64,000 bases of DNA from Mobula hypostoma (lineage: Eukaryota). Shown in pieces: positions 38,205 through 51,920 of the stretch. The first letter of the stretch is position 1; every line of letters starts with the position of its first letter. The translations under genes and the position numbers were made by a program. The notes beneath the pieces are model-generated. The model saw nothing but the letters and a program-made list of their open reading frames with translations, made no database searches and was not told where the DNA came from. Location: assembly GCF_963921235.1 (NCBI RefSeq), contig NC_086097.1:160644001-160708000 (forward strand), in the 5' to 3' direction.

Positions 38205-38890
38205 GAAAAAGGCTGCACAAATTGATAGAGTAGTTAAAAAAAAAGTCATATGGCAAGCTTGTTTTTATTAGCCAATGCATTAAGTTTGAGGTTCAGGAAC
38301 TGTTGCAACTTTACAAAATTCAGGAGGATTGCATTCATTTCTGGTTGTCTCATTATAGGAAGAATATGGAGGCTTTGGAGAGGGTGCAGAAGAGGTTTAC
38401 CAGGATGCTCCCTGGATTAGAAGGTGTAAGGAGAGGTCAAATAAGCTTCACACGAGGAATTCTGCAGATGCTGGAAATTCAAGCAACACCCATCAAAGCT
38501 TCGGTTGTTTTCTCTGAAGCTGCAGATGCTGAGGAAAGACTTGACGAAGCTTATGAGACTGAGGGGCAGGAATAGAATAAAAAGTGATATATTTTTCTCA
38601 AAAAATATATTTTTCTTATATTTAAGGTGAGGAGTGTAAGTTCAAAGTGACTGCATGAGGCAAAGTTTTTGTACATAGATTGGCAGGTGAGTGGAATGTG
38701 CTGTGGTGGGTGGTAGGGGTGATAAATACAATAGAAGGGTTTAAGAGTCTCTTGGATAAACATCAATATGCAGAGAATGGAGATGTATGGACCTCTATAG
38801 GCAGAAGGGATTAGTTTAGTTAGGTTTTTAATTATTAGTTGGCACAACATCATGAACCAAAAGGCCTGATCCTGTGCTGTACAGAATGAT
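38205..38890 (+). mobile_element. CR1 3' fragment with small internal insertions
   Basis: HYRKNMEALERVQKRFTRMLPGLE; a minus-strand Penelope pseudo-LTR tip lies at about 38450-38497. Confidence 0.75.
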
Positions 38891-39226
38891 TCTTGTGTGT
38901 CCAGAGAAATAGCCTTAAAAGTCATTTAGTCCTAACTGCTACATTGATATTAAACATCCAGTATCTATGCATGCGTTGAATTCAGATAAAGCAAGATACC
39001 TCCTGGGCCAGTCAACTTGCAAACTGCCCCTCAAAAGCATTCTGGTGCTGATGGGAGAGTTCTCCAATTAACACTGCTCCCTGCACTCACATGGAGCTCA
39101 TCAATTTTCACTCTGCCCTCAAATTCACTTGGTCTACCTCCAGCATTTCTCTTTCCTTTCTTGATCTCTGTTAACAACTCAAGGTATAGATTTTCCATGA
39201 ATATTTTCTACAAACCTACTGCCTGA

Positions 39227-40279
39227 GGCTACGTCCACACTGGACCAGATAATTTTGAAAATGCCGGTTTCGAGTAAAAACGACAGGCGCCCACACCAGG
39301 CGTTTTTCAAAATATCTCTGTCCTCATTAGATGAATATTTGGGCGAATCTCCTCCTACTGGGCATGCGCAGGACACAGAGAAAACTAGCGAAGAGGAAAC
39401 GGTATACTTGGTGCGCGTTTGTCCAGTTACAGAGCAGAAAAACTTCGAAGGAATTGCTCTTGGCTCTCGCGCAGGAGAACTTAAAACTTAAAAAAACCAC
39501 AAATACTGGAGCGTATGGGGGCAACCGATAGGGAGTTCACGGACAGTATGACCCGGCTGACAACGAACATTGAAAAACTGACCAACTCTGTTGCATTAAT
39601 AGAGTACCTTGTTAAATGTATAAAATGTGTCTGCATCAGTGTTATCCTGTATTTCCATACAATGTTACATTAGGCTGTTACACATCTATTGTCAGAGAAG
39701 TACTTGCATAAATAGGTAAACCTTCTTGGTTCTTGATCCTCCAAAATATTCCGCATGGAATTTAAACTGGAGGTGGAGGAGGGTGTTTTCTGTCCTTTCC
39801 TTCATACAAGCAAGGACAGAAAACAGGGCAAAGTGAGTATACTTATTTATTCAGTAAGTTATGGGTCAAAGTATTTGGTGAATACACTTCTAACTCTTCT
39901 GGCTTCAGTCCCGTTGCCATCTGTTCTAAAATTGTTAGGTTCTGCGAAGTGCAGAATCAAATATTGCTGTGATGATTGTACGCCCTAGTATCAATTGTTT
40001 GGTGACAATAAAATAATAATAATAAGAAGAAGAAAACAATGAAATGCCGCGCTGCCACCATCTGTTGCGGCACATCATGACAGCGGTTTTAAAAAGCTCC
40101 GTTTACGATGTCCACACTGCAATGGATATTAGGCGTTTTCAGATTTTTTCACTCTGGAGACCTTTTCTGAAAATCTTCATTTTCGGGGGATGAAAACGCC
40201 GCTTTAGTGTGGACAGAGGGTCAAAACGAAGAGAAAAAGCTTCGTTTACAAAATTATCCAGTGTAGTGTGGACGTAGCC
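39227..40279. mobile_element. PIF/Harbinger non-autonomous DNA transposon
   Basis: Perfect TIR GGCTACGTCCACACT / AGTGTGGACGTAGCC; 3-nt TNA-type flanks (TGA, TCA); internal CCACAC repeats. Confidence 0.8.
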
Positions 40280-40751
40280 TCAGTTACGACTGCAGCTCTT
40301 CACATCCTGTCACTTGCAAAGATGAAATTCTCTCAGTTCCTTTATCTCTGCTAGATCTGTTTTCATGATGTCTTCCATTTCAGGACATTTGAGATGTCCT
40401 TTTTATTTCAGAAAATATGGTTCCCCCTCACCACTGCTATCAATGCAGCCTTCACACCATTCCCCCACACCCCTGACATAACAGAAATAGAGTTCCTATT
40501 GTCCACACTCAGTACCCCACCCAATAAGTCTCCACATCTAACGTATTGTCTGCAACATCTCCATAGGGGTCCTACCCCAGTCACATTTTTCCCTTCCTTC
40601 ACCATCATTTTCTGCAAAGATTGCTCTTTCAATTATTCCATTCTGTTCATCCCTCCCTACCAATCCTTCTCCAGGAGATTGTCCCTGCAATTGTATTAAG
40701 TTTTATACCTGCCCTACATTACCACCATTCAGGGGCTTATGCGATCCATCA

Positions 40752-41562
40752 GGTCATAAGATATAGGAGCAGAATTAGGCTATTTAGCCCTTCAGGTCTG
40801 CTCCACCATTTCATCATGGCTGATACATTTTACCTGTCAGCCCCAATCTCCTGCCTTCCCTGCACACCCCCCTCCATATCCCTTCATGCCCTGACCAATC
40901 AAGAATCTATCAACTTCTGCCTTAAATATAAATAAAGACTTGGGCTCCACAACTGCCTGTGGCAAAGAATTCTGCAGATTTTCTTGCTAAAGAAATTCTT
41001 CCTCATCTCCGTACAGCAAGGGCACCCCTCTATATTGAGACTATGTCCTCTGGTCTTTGACACTCCCACAATAGGAAACATCCTCTCCACATCCACTCTA
41101 TCAAGACTTTTCACTATTCGATAGGTTTCAATTAGGTCACCCCTCATTCTTATGAATTCCAGTGAATACAGGCCCAGAGCCATCAAATGCTCTTCGTATG
41201 ACAATCCGTTCAATCCTGAAATCATTGTTGTGAACCTCCTTTGAATCCTCTCCAGTTTCAGCACATCCTTTCTAAGATATGGGGCCCAAACCTGCTCACA
41301 ATACTCCAAGTGAGGCCTCACCAGTGAGGACTTTAAAGTCTTAACATACCCTTGAATGCTAACATTGCATTTGCCTTCCTTGCTAAAGACTCGACCTTCA
41401 AATTAACCTTTAGGGGATCTTGCACAAGGACTCCCAAATCCCTTTGCACCTTAAATTTTTGTATTTTCTCACCATTTAGAAAATAGTCAACTCTTTTATT
41501 TCTTCTACCAAAGTGCATAACCATACACATCCCCAGAGGGTATCCTATCTGCCACTTCTTTG
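40752..41562 (-). mobile_element. CR1 3' fragment
   Basis: RPHLEYCEQVWAPYLRKDVLKLERIQRRFT plus 3' UTR. Confidence 0.9.
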
Positions 41563-43427
41563 TGTAGGTGAGGCACTCCTTCACATATAAATCCATCAGT
41601 ATCATTTATTGCATCTGATGCCACTTGTGCAGCCTATTCTGTAATGGTGGATTGCGGCTAGACACAGATTAGCAACACAGCACCTTGTATTCCACCTTGA
41701 TTAGTCTCCAACCTGACAGCATGAACATCGATTTCTCTAACTTCTGGTAAATATTCTCCTCTATTTACTCCCACCAGCCCCGCCCCCCCCATCCTTTGTT
41801 TTTTTTTCTTTATCCCACCAAACGCATCACTCCTTTCCCTCCCCCAACCTCTCGATCTGCCTATTACTCCCATATCCTTTTCTGAGGTTCCCCTCTTTAC
41901 CTTCTTTATTCCACAGTATTCTGTCCTCTCGTTTCGAATCCCATCTTCTTCAACTCTTTGTCAATTTCAGTTATCATTTCACAACTTTTTGCATCATTCC
42001 CACTTTCACCCACCTTTACATGCATATCTTTTCCTTAACTCAACTGGATTCACCTACCATGCAGCAGCCTTCAAGTTCCACGTTTCCCTCCCTCCCTTTT
42101 ATACTGGCTATCTCTCTTTTATGTCTAGATGACGAGTCTAGACCTGAAATGTTGACTATCCATTTTCCATCCATGAGTGCTGCCTGACCCGCTGAGTTTC
42201 TGCAGCATTTTGTGTGTATTGAGACAACACGCAACAGGAGGAAGCTGTTCCAGCCACACTCCCATGTTTGGGCCCAACAGCAGACAGAATTGAAGCTGAA
42301 GCATTTTGAGTGATGCTTCATTTGAACTTTTGAATGGATCTTCCATTGTAGCTTCATCTTGCAATCACTATCATTGTGAAAGTCCTGAATAAATTTAATA
42401 CACACATGGTAACGAGAAAACGGCTGAGAACACTGAATTTAGAAATATTTATGTACTCAACCTGCAATCAGACTTAAAATTATTCTTCTGTTCAGTGCCT
42501 CTGTGGCCACTTTTTATTAATTATTAACCAGAGAAATTCTGCAGGCGCTGGAAATTCAAGCAACACACACAAAATTCTGGAGGAATTACTCCTCATTTTT
42601 TTCTCCAGTCCCGATGAAGGATATTGGCCTGAAACATCAACTGTACTCTTTTCCACAGATGCTGCTTGATGCGCTGTGTTGCTTTTTTAATCATTTTGTG
42701 ACATATTGTATGATCAGCAAGGTCTGCATTGTTTCATGTCCCTCACTGGCCAAAGATAATGGTGAGCTCTCTTCATGACCTGCTATAGTTCTTCTGTTCA
42801 AGAACTCCCACATTTCTATGGTAAGTTCCAGGATTTGGACCCAGAGACACTAACCAGTGCTATATGTCGATAATGAGGATGGGCTGTACCTTTTAAGGGA
42901 AACCAGATGGTGGCATTTGCATGCTTTTATTCTTCATGGTAGCAAATTTAATGGTTTGGGAAGTGGCATCAGAGTAGTTTAGAAAGGTAACTGTAGTAGA
43001 TTTTGTAGATATTATGCTATGCAGCTACTGACCTGCTGGTGGTGGAGGGAATTAATGTTTATGGTAGTTGATGGGGTACCAGTCAAAGTGGGCTGCTTTA
43101 TCCTATATGTCGTTGAGCTTTCAGTTCTTAAAATTCATTCATACAAGCAAGTGGAGAGTTATCTATTGCACTCCTCACACGTTTATAGGTGGTGAAAATC
43201 ATTGGGGTATAAGAGGGTGAGAATATTTGTTCCCTAACTACAGGAAACTGATGGTACTGATCGCTACAATGGTAGTGCCATTGAATTTAAAGACTAATCA
43301 GACTTGGATCCTCCTGTTTTTTTTTTGGAGGTGTTCTTTGCCTGGAACTTTCGTGACAAGAATATTATTTGCCACTTCTCAGCCCATGCTTGGATGATGT
43401 ACATTTTTTGCTGCTTGAAGGTATACG

Positions 43428-44150
43428 ATAGTGGCCTCTTTAGATACACCTGAGTACTTGTTCTTAATGTAAATATCTATTCAGCCAATCATGTGGCAGT
43501 AACACAATGCATAAAAGTATTCAAACATGGTCAAGAGGTTCAGTTGTTGTTCAGATCAAATATCACAACGGTGGAGAAATGTGATCTAAGTGACTTAGAC
43601 CAGTGGTCCCAACCACCGGGCTGCAAAGATGTGCCACCGGGCTGTGAGGATACGATATGATTTGTATGATTTAGCGATAGGAAACAATATGAGTCAGCTG
43701 CACCTTTCCTCATTCCCTGTCACGCACTGTTGGACTTGAACACCACCCCCCCCCCCACCTCCCGTTGGCCGGTCCGCAAGAAAATCATCAATATTAAACC
43801 GGTCCGCAGTGTGAAAAAGTTTTGGGACCCCTGACTTAGACCATGGAATGGTTGTTGGTGCCAGACAGAGTAGAGTGAGTAACTCAGAAACTGGTGATCT
43901 CTTGGGATTTTCAATGAAGAGTTTACAGAGAATGGTGCGAAAAACAAATACCCATTGAGCAGCAGTTCTGTGGGTTAAAACGCATTGTTAGTGAGAGAGG
44001 TCAGAGGAATATGGCCAGGCTGCTTCAAGCTGACAGGATAACAGCAGTCTCTTAAATGACCACATGTTACAATAGTGGTGTGCAGAAGAGCATCTCTGAA
44101 CAGAGACCATGTCAAAGCTTGACGTAGATAGGCTACAGCAGCAAAAGATC
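43428..44150 (+). mobile_element. Tc1/mariner remnant
   Basis: KCDLSDLDHGMVVGARQSRVSNSETGDLLGFS (Tc1 N-terminal HTH) once the MITE is removed. Confidence 0.75.
43601..43833. mobile_element. hAT (Charlie-type) MITE
   Basis: TIRs CAGTGGTCCCAA / TTGGGACCCCTG; perfect 8-bp TSD ACTTAGAC at 43593-43600 and 43834-43841. Confidence 0.88.
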
Positions 44151-45527
44151 ACAAACATACACCCAATGGCTAAAGATAGTTGGGTCTGGGAAAATGTCTT
44201 GAGTTTCCAAGAGAGATGTCATGAGTGAAATGTTTAATCTGCACCAACTGCAATCATGTTCCTTCGTGCCAGTTATGACTCCAACCTTACGAATGTTATG
44301 ATGCCCACTGATTTCAGTAATAGTCATAGAAGTATAAATGAAAGTAGTTATTAAGAGAGGTTGAAGGCAAAACTGCTGTTTTCCTGCCTTTTATTATTGA
44401 ATAATAATTCATCTACTGAACAAAGTGACTATTAAAGCTATCAATACACAAAAATAGAATTTTAAGTGGTTTATAGTAAGTACTAGTTAGTAAAGGGTTG
44501 CACTCATATTACTTGTAATAATTCAACCAGCAGTTCACGCATTAAAATTTAATTTGTAATAATGCAGTCTGCCTAACATAAAAACAGCTTTTAACTAATG
44601 ACCCAGAATGTTGTTGTTCTGACATACTTTGTAAGATCGTTGCTTTCTCTTATTTCCTTTTTAAAGATCTCATTGATATAGATTGCTGTAGTCTTTAGGG
44701 AAAACATTCGAAATAGAGCGGGTTTGCAGTACTTTATAAATTTGATCAGTTTCCTGCATGGCTTGCAGCGCAATAGATGTGGCTGCTTGGATCTAGACTT
44801 CGGTCAGCAGGCAAAACTTCCTTCCCTGTGCTCACCGTTATGGCTTATTTCCCTTACAGCTGTCCGGCCTTGATTGTTGGCTAAGGTCCGAGAAGAATAC
44901 GTCCTGGGACTGGAAACTGTCTAGCTACAGCTGACAGGTGAAAGTCGAGCTAAAATTAATTATTGTCAGTTTCCGTCAGGTACAATGTCCAGCTTCCCAG
45001 TATTCTTAAGACAGGATTTTTTTTTTGTTCCATTGCAAGAGCTATTCTCAACAATGCAGCCTTCTTAAAAGCTATTCCATTTCTACTTCTATTTATGTAT
45101 CTGAATACTAAAGAACCTGAGCGGAAAAGCATGAAAGGGAGGAAATAGGTTAAAGATTCAATTCACAATAATTCATTTGTTGCAAAGATGATCATTTTGA
45201 CAGGATTTAAAACATTATTTGATTTTAATTGGTAATCTTTACAGATTGTCTGTGTTAACATAAGTAGAAATAAATATCATATGCCAATCTCAAAACTTGG
45301 CTAGTCTAAGACAAAGCAAAGTATATCTTATTCCATATATATTTTTTGTGTATTTGGAGCTAAAATGAAAGGCACAGCTTTCCAACTACTTGTATTCAGA
45401 AGTTGAAGGGGAATTAATGACCTCTTTATTATTCACTGCTCTAATCTAGCCACAAAAATTACATTAACTGGCTTTACCCTTCATACATTATTGCAAATAC
45501 AGTAAATTCATCGGAAGTTCAGCTAAA

Positions 45528-45993
45528 TGGCAATTGTCCTGTATTGGTCCGCAAAGCACTCCAGCGTGTGGTAAAAACTGCCCAGCGGATTATCGGCACC
45601 CAATTGCCAACCATTGAGAACATGTAGCATAAACGCTGCCTGGGCAGGGTGAAAAGCATTATCAAGGATGCATCTCACCCTAACCATGGACTTTATACTC
45701 TCCTCCCATCGGGTAGGCGCTACAGGAGCCTCTGCTCCCGCACCAGCAGACACAGGAAGAGCTTCTTCCCTGAGGCTTTGACACTGCTGAACCTCTCATC
45801 ACAGCGCTAAGCAGTATTGCACCCATATTATACTGTCTCAGTACTTTTATATTTGTGTGCTGTAGCATTTACTTTTTATTCGCAGTTATTTTGTAAATAA
45901 CACTATTCTTTGCATTTCTGGTCAGATGCTAACTGCATTTCATTGGCTTTGTATCTCTATTTGGCATAATGACAATAAAGTTGAATCTAATCT
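45528..45993 (+). mobile_element. Rex1/Babar 3' end
   Basis: RKALQRVVKTAQRIIGTQLP...IIKDASHPNHGLYTLLPSGRRYRS; AATAAAGTTGAATCTAATCT tail. Confidence 0.85.
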
Positions 45994-46261
45994 ACTCGCA
46001 ATGCACTAATGATGATTGTGTTATACTTGGGTAGGTTGTTTAACTTAATGAAATTATTATTAAATCAAAATTGATTGAACATTAATATACATCAAAAGTT
46101 TTAATTTCAGAACCTTTCCATTTGTCCTCAAAATCTTTTGTCACTATACTGTAGCGTTAACACCCTTTTACTGGAAAAGCCAAAGTTTTATCGAATACTC
46201 CTGATGGTCTGAATAACAAATAAGATAGTATATGTTGGATTCTGAAATGAAAATGCTGGAA

Positions 46262-48750
46262 GAACACCAGAGATCCTGCAGATGCTGGAAATCCAGAATA
46301 ACACAAAATGCTGAAGGAACACAGCAAGTCAAGTGGCATCAATGGAGGGGAATCAACAATTGGTGTGCCAGGCGAGACCCTTCAAGACTGGAAAGGAAGG
46401 GAGTAGAAACCAGAATAAGAAGGTGATAGGAGGGAAAGGAGTGCAAGCTGGCAGGAGTTAGGGAAACTAGGAGGGAGAGGGGGGATGAAGCTAGCGGATG
46501 ATGGGTAGAACAGGTAAAGAGCTGAAGAAGAAGGAATCTGATAGGAGAGGTCAGTGGACCATATGAAGAAAGGGAGGGACAAGAGGTGCTAGAAACGGGA
46601 ATAGGAAAAAGACAAGATGGCAAAAAAATAGGGTAAAATTACTGGATATTAGAAAGATTGATGTTCATGGCATTACATTAGAGGTTACCTAGACAGAATA
46701 TGAGGTGTAATTTCTTCAACCTGACAGAGGCCTCATCATGACAGTGGAGGAGGCCGTAGACCAACATGTCAGAACAAGTAGTTGAATTAAAATCGGTGGC
46801 CACTGGGAAATCACAACCTTTGAGGCAATCAAATCGAAGCCCTTTGAAGCGGTCTCCCAACCTACATCAGGTCTTGCCAACGTAGAGGAGACCGCACAAG
46901 GATCACCAGATACAGTAGTTGACTCCAGGACAACCCAGGAGCCGACGTATCCAGCACACCCCAGGAGCCACGTAGCCAGCATGTAATTCTGCAATCCACT
47001 ATTTTTAACAGGTTTCTACCACTAAGCTCAACTTGCCCCCCACCCCCCAACCTTCCACTTTTCATTGGGATCACTCTAGTTGATATCCAAGCCCACTCAT
47101 CCATTTCCCACTGACCTCCCTCCTGACACTTGTTCCACTTACAGGGATAAATGCTGCACCTACCCCTACACCTTCTCTCTCATCACTATTCAAGCTCCCA
47201 AATGGTCCTTCCAGGTGAGATGATATTTCACCTCTGAGTCTGTCGGGGTCATTTACTCTATCTGGTGTTCTCGGTTGGGCTTCCTCTACATTGGATTAGG
47301 GGACCGTTTCGTCAAGCACCTTCACTCAGCCACAAAAGGTGGGATTTCCCAGTTGCCACCCATTTCCGATTACGGTATGTTATTCCATGGGCCCCTTTAC
47401 TGTCATGGTGAGCCCACTCTTTGGTTGGAAGAGTAACACTTCATATTCCATCTGGGATATGCCACTTCCAACCTGATGATATGAGCATTGATTTCTCAAT
47501 ATCCAGTAATTTCTCCATCCACCATTCTCCTCCTCCTCTTCTTCTTCTTCTATTCCCCATTCTGGTTCCCAGAAGCTAAGAGGAGCTTAAGAGACAATGG
47601 CGCCTAATAGCGATTGCTTGCATCTTCGGAAACTGCTCTTTTTCTATCTTTAATATCTCTATTTTTCCCTTTCAGGGTTCTTTTGAAGACCCTGACCCCT
47701 GACCTGGAGTTACACACTGACTTTGGTTCATTGTGGGATTGGGACCCACTCTTGGTCTCACGACTGGCCATTATTCGATATACCAAGGATGCAGCCTAGA
47801 AGATTAGCTTGCCTTTGGAGTTCCGAGATTTTGTGGCTCGAGAGGTGGGCGGACTCAAGGTCGGTGCCTCCGCAGGAAATCGATGTGTTGTGGGAGTACA
47901 CAGAAGATCAAAAGCAGTAAGCTGGCTGTTGGCTGTGTGCCCAGAGGCCCAGAGACCAGAGTTCTTAGGGCACAGAGCTCGGTAAAAACATCCCAACGGA
48001 CTTTTAACATTGTAAATCAACAAGTTGTTTTGTTATGTCTCCCCTCGCTGTGAAACGGGGACACTCTTTTTCCCTTATTGGGAGTGGGGGGAGAGAGACA
48101 GCATGTGGTATGTCAAATTATGGGTGAACTAGTAGTCTTTGTACTGCAGGTCTGTGTCTTTATTGAAGCTTTGCTGCACGCTTGAGTGCGCAGTGGGGGG
48201 GCGCCAATGTTTTTTTGCTAGTGGGAGAGAGGGAATCTTTGCTTTGCTGCTGCTTACGCATGGGAGGGGGGAGTTGGGGGCTTTGAGCTTCTAACATTTA
48301 ACTATCTTTCATTCTTTGGGACACTCTTCTGTTTTTGTGGACGGTTGTGAAGAAAAAGAATTTCAGGGTGTATTTTGTGTACATTTCTCTAACATTAAAT
48401 GTACCTTTGAAACCTCTTACCCCTTCTATTGTACTCACCTGCACATCAGCAGCCTCTTGTGCCCCTCCTCCTTCCTTTCCTCCCATGGTAAATTCTTTCA
48501 GATTCCTGCTCATTCAGCCCTTTACCTCTTCCACCTCTGACCTATTAGGTTTTTTTTTCATTTTCTTTCCTCCTATCCTCTGGATCTTCCCCCTCACTTG
48601 GCTTCACCTATCGCTTGCCAGTTGAACTCCTTCACTACCCTTCACCTCCTTCTGGCTTCTTCTCTTCCTTTCCATTGATCCGAAACTTTGACAATTTATT
48701 CCTGTCCATGCATGCTGCCTGACTTGGTGAGTTCTTCGAGCATTTTGATC
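46262..48750. mobile_element. Inverted pair of Penelope-like 3' regions (minus 46262-46920, plus 47060-48750)
   Basis: Both arms carry LHCH..RLEE.HLIF.LG-like endonuclease ends and pseudo-LTRs. Flanks AAAATGCTGGAA (46250-46261) and AAAATGCTAGAA (48751-48762). Confidence 0.7.
47590..48412 (+). mobile_element. Non-autonomous retroelement nested in the Penelope arm
   Basis: Begins CAATGGCGCC; 3' half homologous to 22170-22590. Confidence 0.6.
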
Positions 48751-49074
48751 AAAATGCTAGAATACAATCTATCAAGCAGCAATTGCGCAAAGAGAAGCCA
48801 GGTAATGTTTTCAAATGTTGTTCAGTTTTTACTACCCAACTGCTTGCGTTCTTCCAGCATTTTATGTTTTTCCTCCTATTGGTCTTAACCAAGATCTTGT
48901 GAAAGTTTTGTATTAACTTTCAAACTTTTTAATAGTTTTTGAATAGTATTGTATGCAGTTCTGATTGCTGTGTTATTGGAAGAATGAGGGGGCTTTGGAG
49001 AGGATGGAGAAAAAGTTTACTAGGATGTTGCCTGGATGAGAAAGTAGAGCTATAAGGGTTTTGGCTGTTGTTTT

Positions 49075-49865
49075 GTTTTCAGTCCATGTACCAAGATGCA
49101 ATGAAAAGCATGTTTTGCATACTGTTCATACAGATCAAATCATTACACAGTGCATTGAAGTACAATAAGGTAAAACAGTAATAATGCAAAATAAAATGTT
49201 ACAGTTGTAGAGTAAGTGCAGTACAGACAAATGATAAAGTGCAAGAGCATAACAAGACAGATTGTGTGGTCGGTAGTCCATTTTATTATACAAGACGTCT
49301 ATTCTAGATATTGATAACAGCGGGATAGAAGCAGTCCTTGAGCCTGATGGTGCATGCTTTCTGGCTTTTCTATCTTCTGCCAGGAGAGAGAGAGATTTTC
49401 TATGGTGTAGAGTTTTTGGTCTTTGATTATGCTGGCTGCTTTATGAAGCAGTGAGATGTATAGACAGTTCATTGAGAGGAGGCTGGTTTCAATGATTATG
49501 CTGAGCTGTATCCAAAACTGCAGTTTTTTTGTGGTCATATGCAGAGCATGTGCCATACCAAGCCATTATACATCCAGATAGCTTACTTTCTCTGGTGTAT
49601 CAGTTAAAAATTGATGAGAGTCAACGGGGGCTTGCCAAATTCCTTTGGCATCCTGAGGAAATTGTGGTACTCTGAAATCTCTTGGTTGATATCAATGTGG
49701 TAGGACCAGGACTAGCTATTGGTGATGTTCACTCCAAGAAACTTGAATCTCTCAACCTTAGCACCATTTATATAGACAGGCGCATGTGTACTGCCCTCCT
49801 TCTTGAAGTAAATGACCAGCTCATTGTTTTGTTCACATTGAAGAAAAGGTTGTTGTCACAACACT
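49075..49865 (-). mobile_element. Decayed Rex1/Babar 3' region inside an old CR1 (48985-49040, 50255-50610)
   Basis: Minus strand gives LHKAASIIKD and a DNNLFFNVNKTM-like block; the CR1 RFTRMLPG block resumes near 50.26 kb. Confidence 0.6.
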
Positions 49866-51777
49866 GGCTGGACTGGACTCAATTTTTTTAGATTGATACA
49901 GTCTCTGAGCACCTCTGGTAACTTTATGGATTTTTTGATTTCTTCTAAAGGTCATGATCATCAGATTTGAATGCTGCAGACCTAGACTTCAGAAGAGAGT
50001 GGATCTCCTGGTTCATTCTTTTTGTTTTTAGTTTGTGAACACCCAGATTGACCTCTTTGGTACACAGTCAGCAACTTTATCACACTTGTGGTAAAGTCTG
50101 TGGTAGTGAAATACTCACCTAGGCTGGTCTGCGTCTTTGGCAGTGGACCAGTCTACCAACTCAAAGCTGTCGGGTAGAAACTCATCTGTTTGCCAGGTCA
50201 GCATCATTTGACTTTCTGTACTGGATTCTCCAGTAGGAGAGGGTTAGACCATATTGGATTGTTTATTTTGGAGCATCAGAGGCTGTGGGATGACCTGATT
50301 AATAAATGTATAAAATTATGAGAAGCATCATGAAATAAATGGTCTTTTTCCCATGGTGAAAATGTGAAATACTAGAGGGCATAGATTTTAAGGTAGGTGG
50401 TGGAAAGGAGAGTTCCAAGGCAAGTTTTTATTTTAAACAGAATGGTGGGTGTCTGGAACTTGCTGCCAGGAGAAGTGGTGGAAGCAGTTTCAACAGCAAC
50501 ATTTAAAATATGAACAGACAGGGAATGGAGACAACATAGACCTGACATGGGCAAATAAGATTAGATTGGCATTATGGTTGGTGCAGACAGTGTGTGCTGC
50601 ATTATTCGATGTATTAAAGATGTTGTATTAAAGACATGGCAGATAAGTGGGAGTCTTGGATCAGGGATTGTACACCCTCAATTCAGCCCCTCTTTTGCAA
50701 ATCTACTTTGCTCTGATTTCATAAATGTGGTTAGAAATGAAACTTCAGAGGGTGGTGGAAATGGAAGTAACTTGGAGCATGGAAGTACATATGCGGGACA
50801 GGGATATTTGAATGTGCAGATGTGCCACTATTGGTAAGAGCACTTTATACTATTGTATACTTAGCATGAATATTTTTCTTTAAAGCAGAGGTAGACAATT
50901 TTTTGTTTAAAAGTGACATCAGTTGAAGCAAACAAATAAGTTAAAGGCTTTAAGGAAAGGAAATTTATGCAAATTTTGTATGCCGTTACACTTACTGCTT
51001 TTTCCCTTGCCTATTCAATTATTTTTAATTTTTTAAAAACCTTTGTAAATTTACCAAATACTTGCTTCCAAATGATGCAACAGGCAGCAGCAGTAAACAA
51101 TTTATTCAAATTCACTGCAGCATTCTCTTCGTTATAAAGCATTGTTTATAAATGCAGTACAAAATAACATTGTATGTCATCTCTTCTAGAAGATTTTTAA
51201 CTGGCATTGCCATTTCAACTTCATTAGCCGTCTTTGTCTATTCACATTCAGCATTTAGAAATTGCATTATACAATGGAAAATGTTATTGTGATAAATGTT
51301 TTCAAACCAGTTACTGGCATTAGTTAAATTCAGATTTTTTTTTAAGTTAAATGTAAAAGCAATTGCCATGCCAAGTAGTTTATTTTACTACATGGCTTGC
51401 CTTCTCTTTAACTTGAAATTACTCAACAACACAGTCTAAATTGTAACAAATGCCACATTAAAACTGGTATGCGATATTTGAGAACAAGCTCATTTTTACT
51501 CCATTATATTAAATTAGTTTAAAATATAATATTGTACTAAATCAGAATTAAAAATGTAATTATTGTCATAAATTGAAGTGTACTTGAAAGATCTGAAGGC
51601 ATGCATTTGGGTAGATGTCATAAGCCAATTCTGAAGCAGTGGTAGGGGAACTTGGAGAATAAGCATCTTGGATAGAAGCAGCAGTAGTGAGAAGTGAATG
51701 TACATTGTTACTTAGAGAATAAAATTACAAGATGAATTTTTAAAAAAAATACTTTGAAGCAATAAAAGACCAGATTA

Positions 51778-51920
51778 TAAACAAGAGAAAATCTGCAGAT
51801 GCTGGAAATCCGAGTAACACACAAAACGCTGGAGGAACTCAGCAGGCCAGGCAGCATCTATGGGGGGAGAAAAGTACAGTCGCCGGGTTTTGGCCTGAAA
51901 TATCTACTGTACTTTTTTCC
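51778..51920. mobile_element. Small inverted Penelope pseudo-LTR insertion
   Basis: Minus-strand terminal piece followed by a plus-strand piece. TSD AAAGACCAGATTA at 51765-51777 and 51921-51933. Confidence 0.8.

Larger units (their letters stand above)
39020..42220 (+). mobile_element. Decayed Penelope-like element split by a Harbinger MITE and a CR1
   Basis: HPAL.FTWS..LPFLD..IFYKPT-like RT blocks, LQPDSMNIDFSNF near 41710, and a pseudo-LTR remnant at 42125-42220. Confidence 0.7.
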
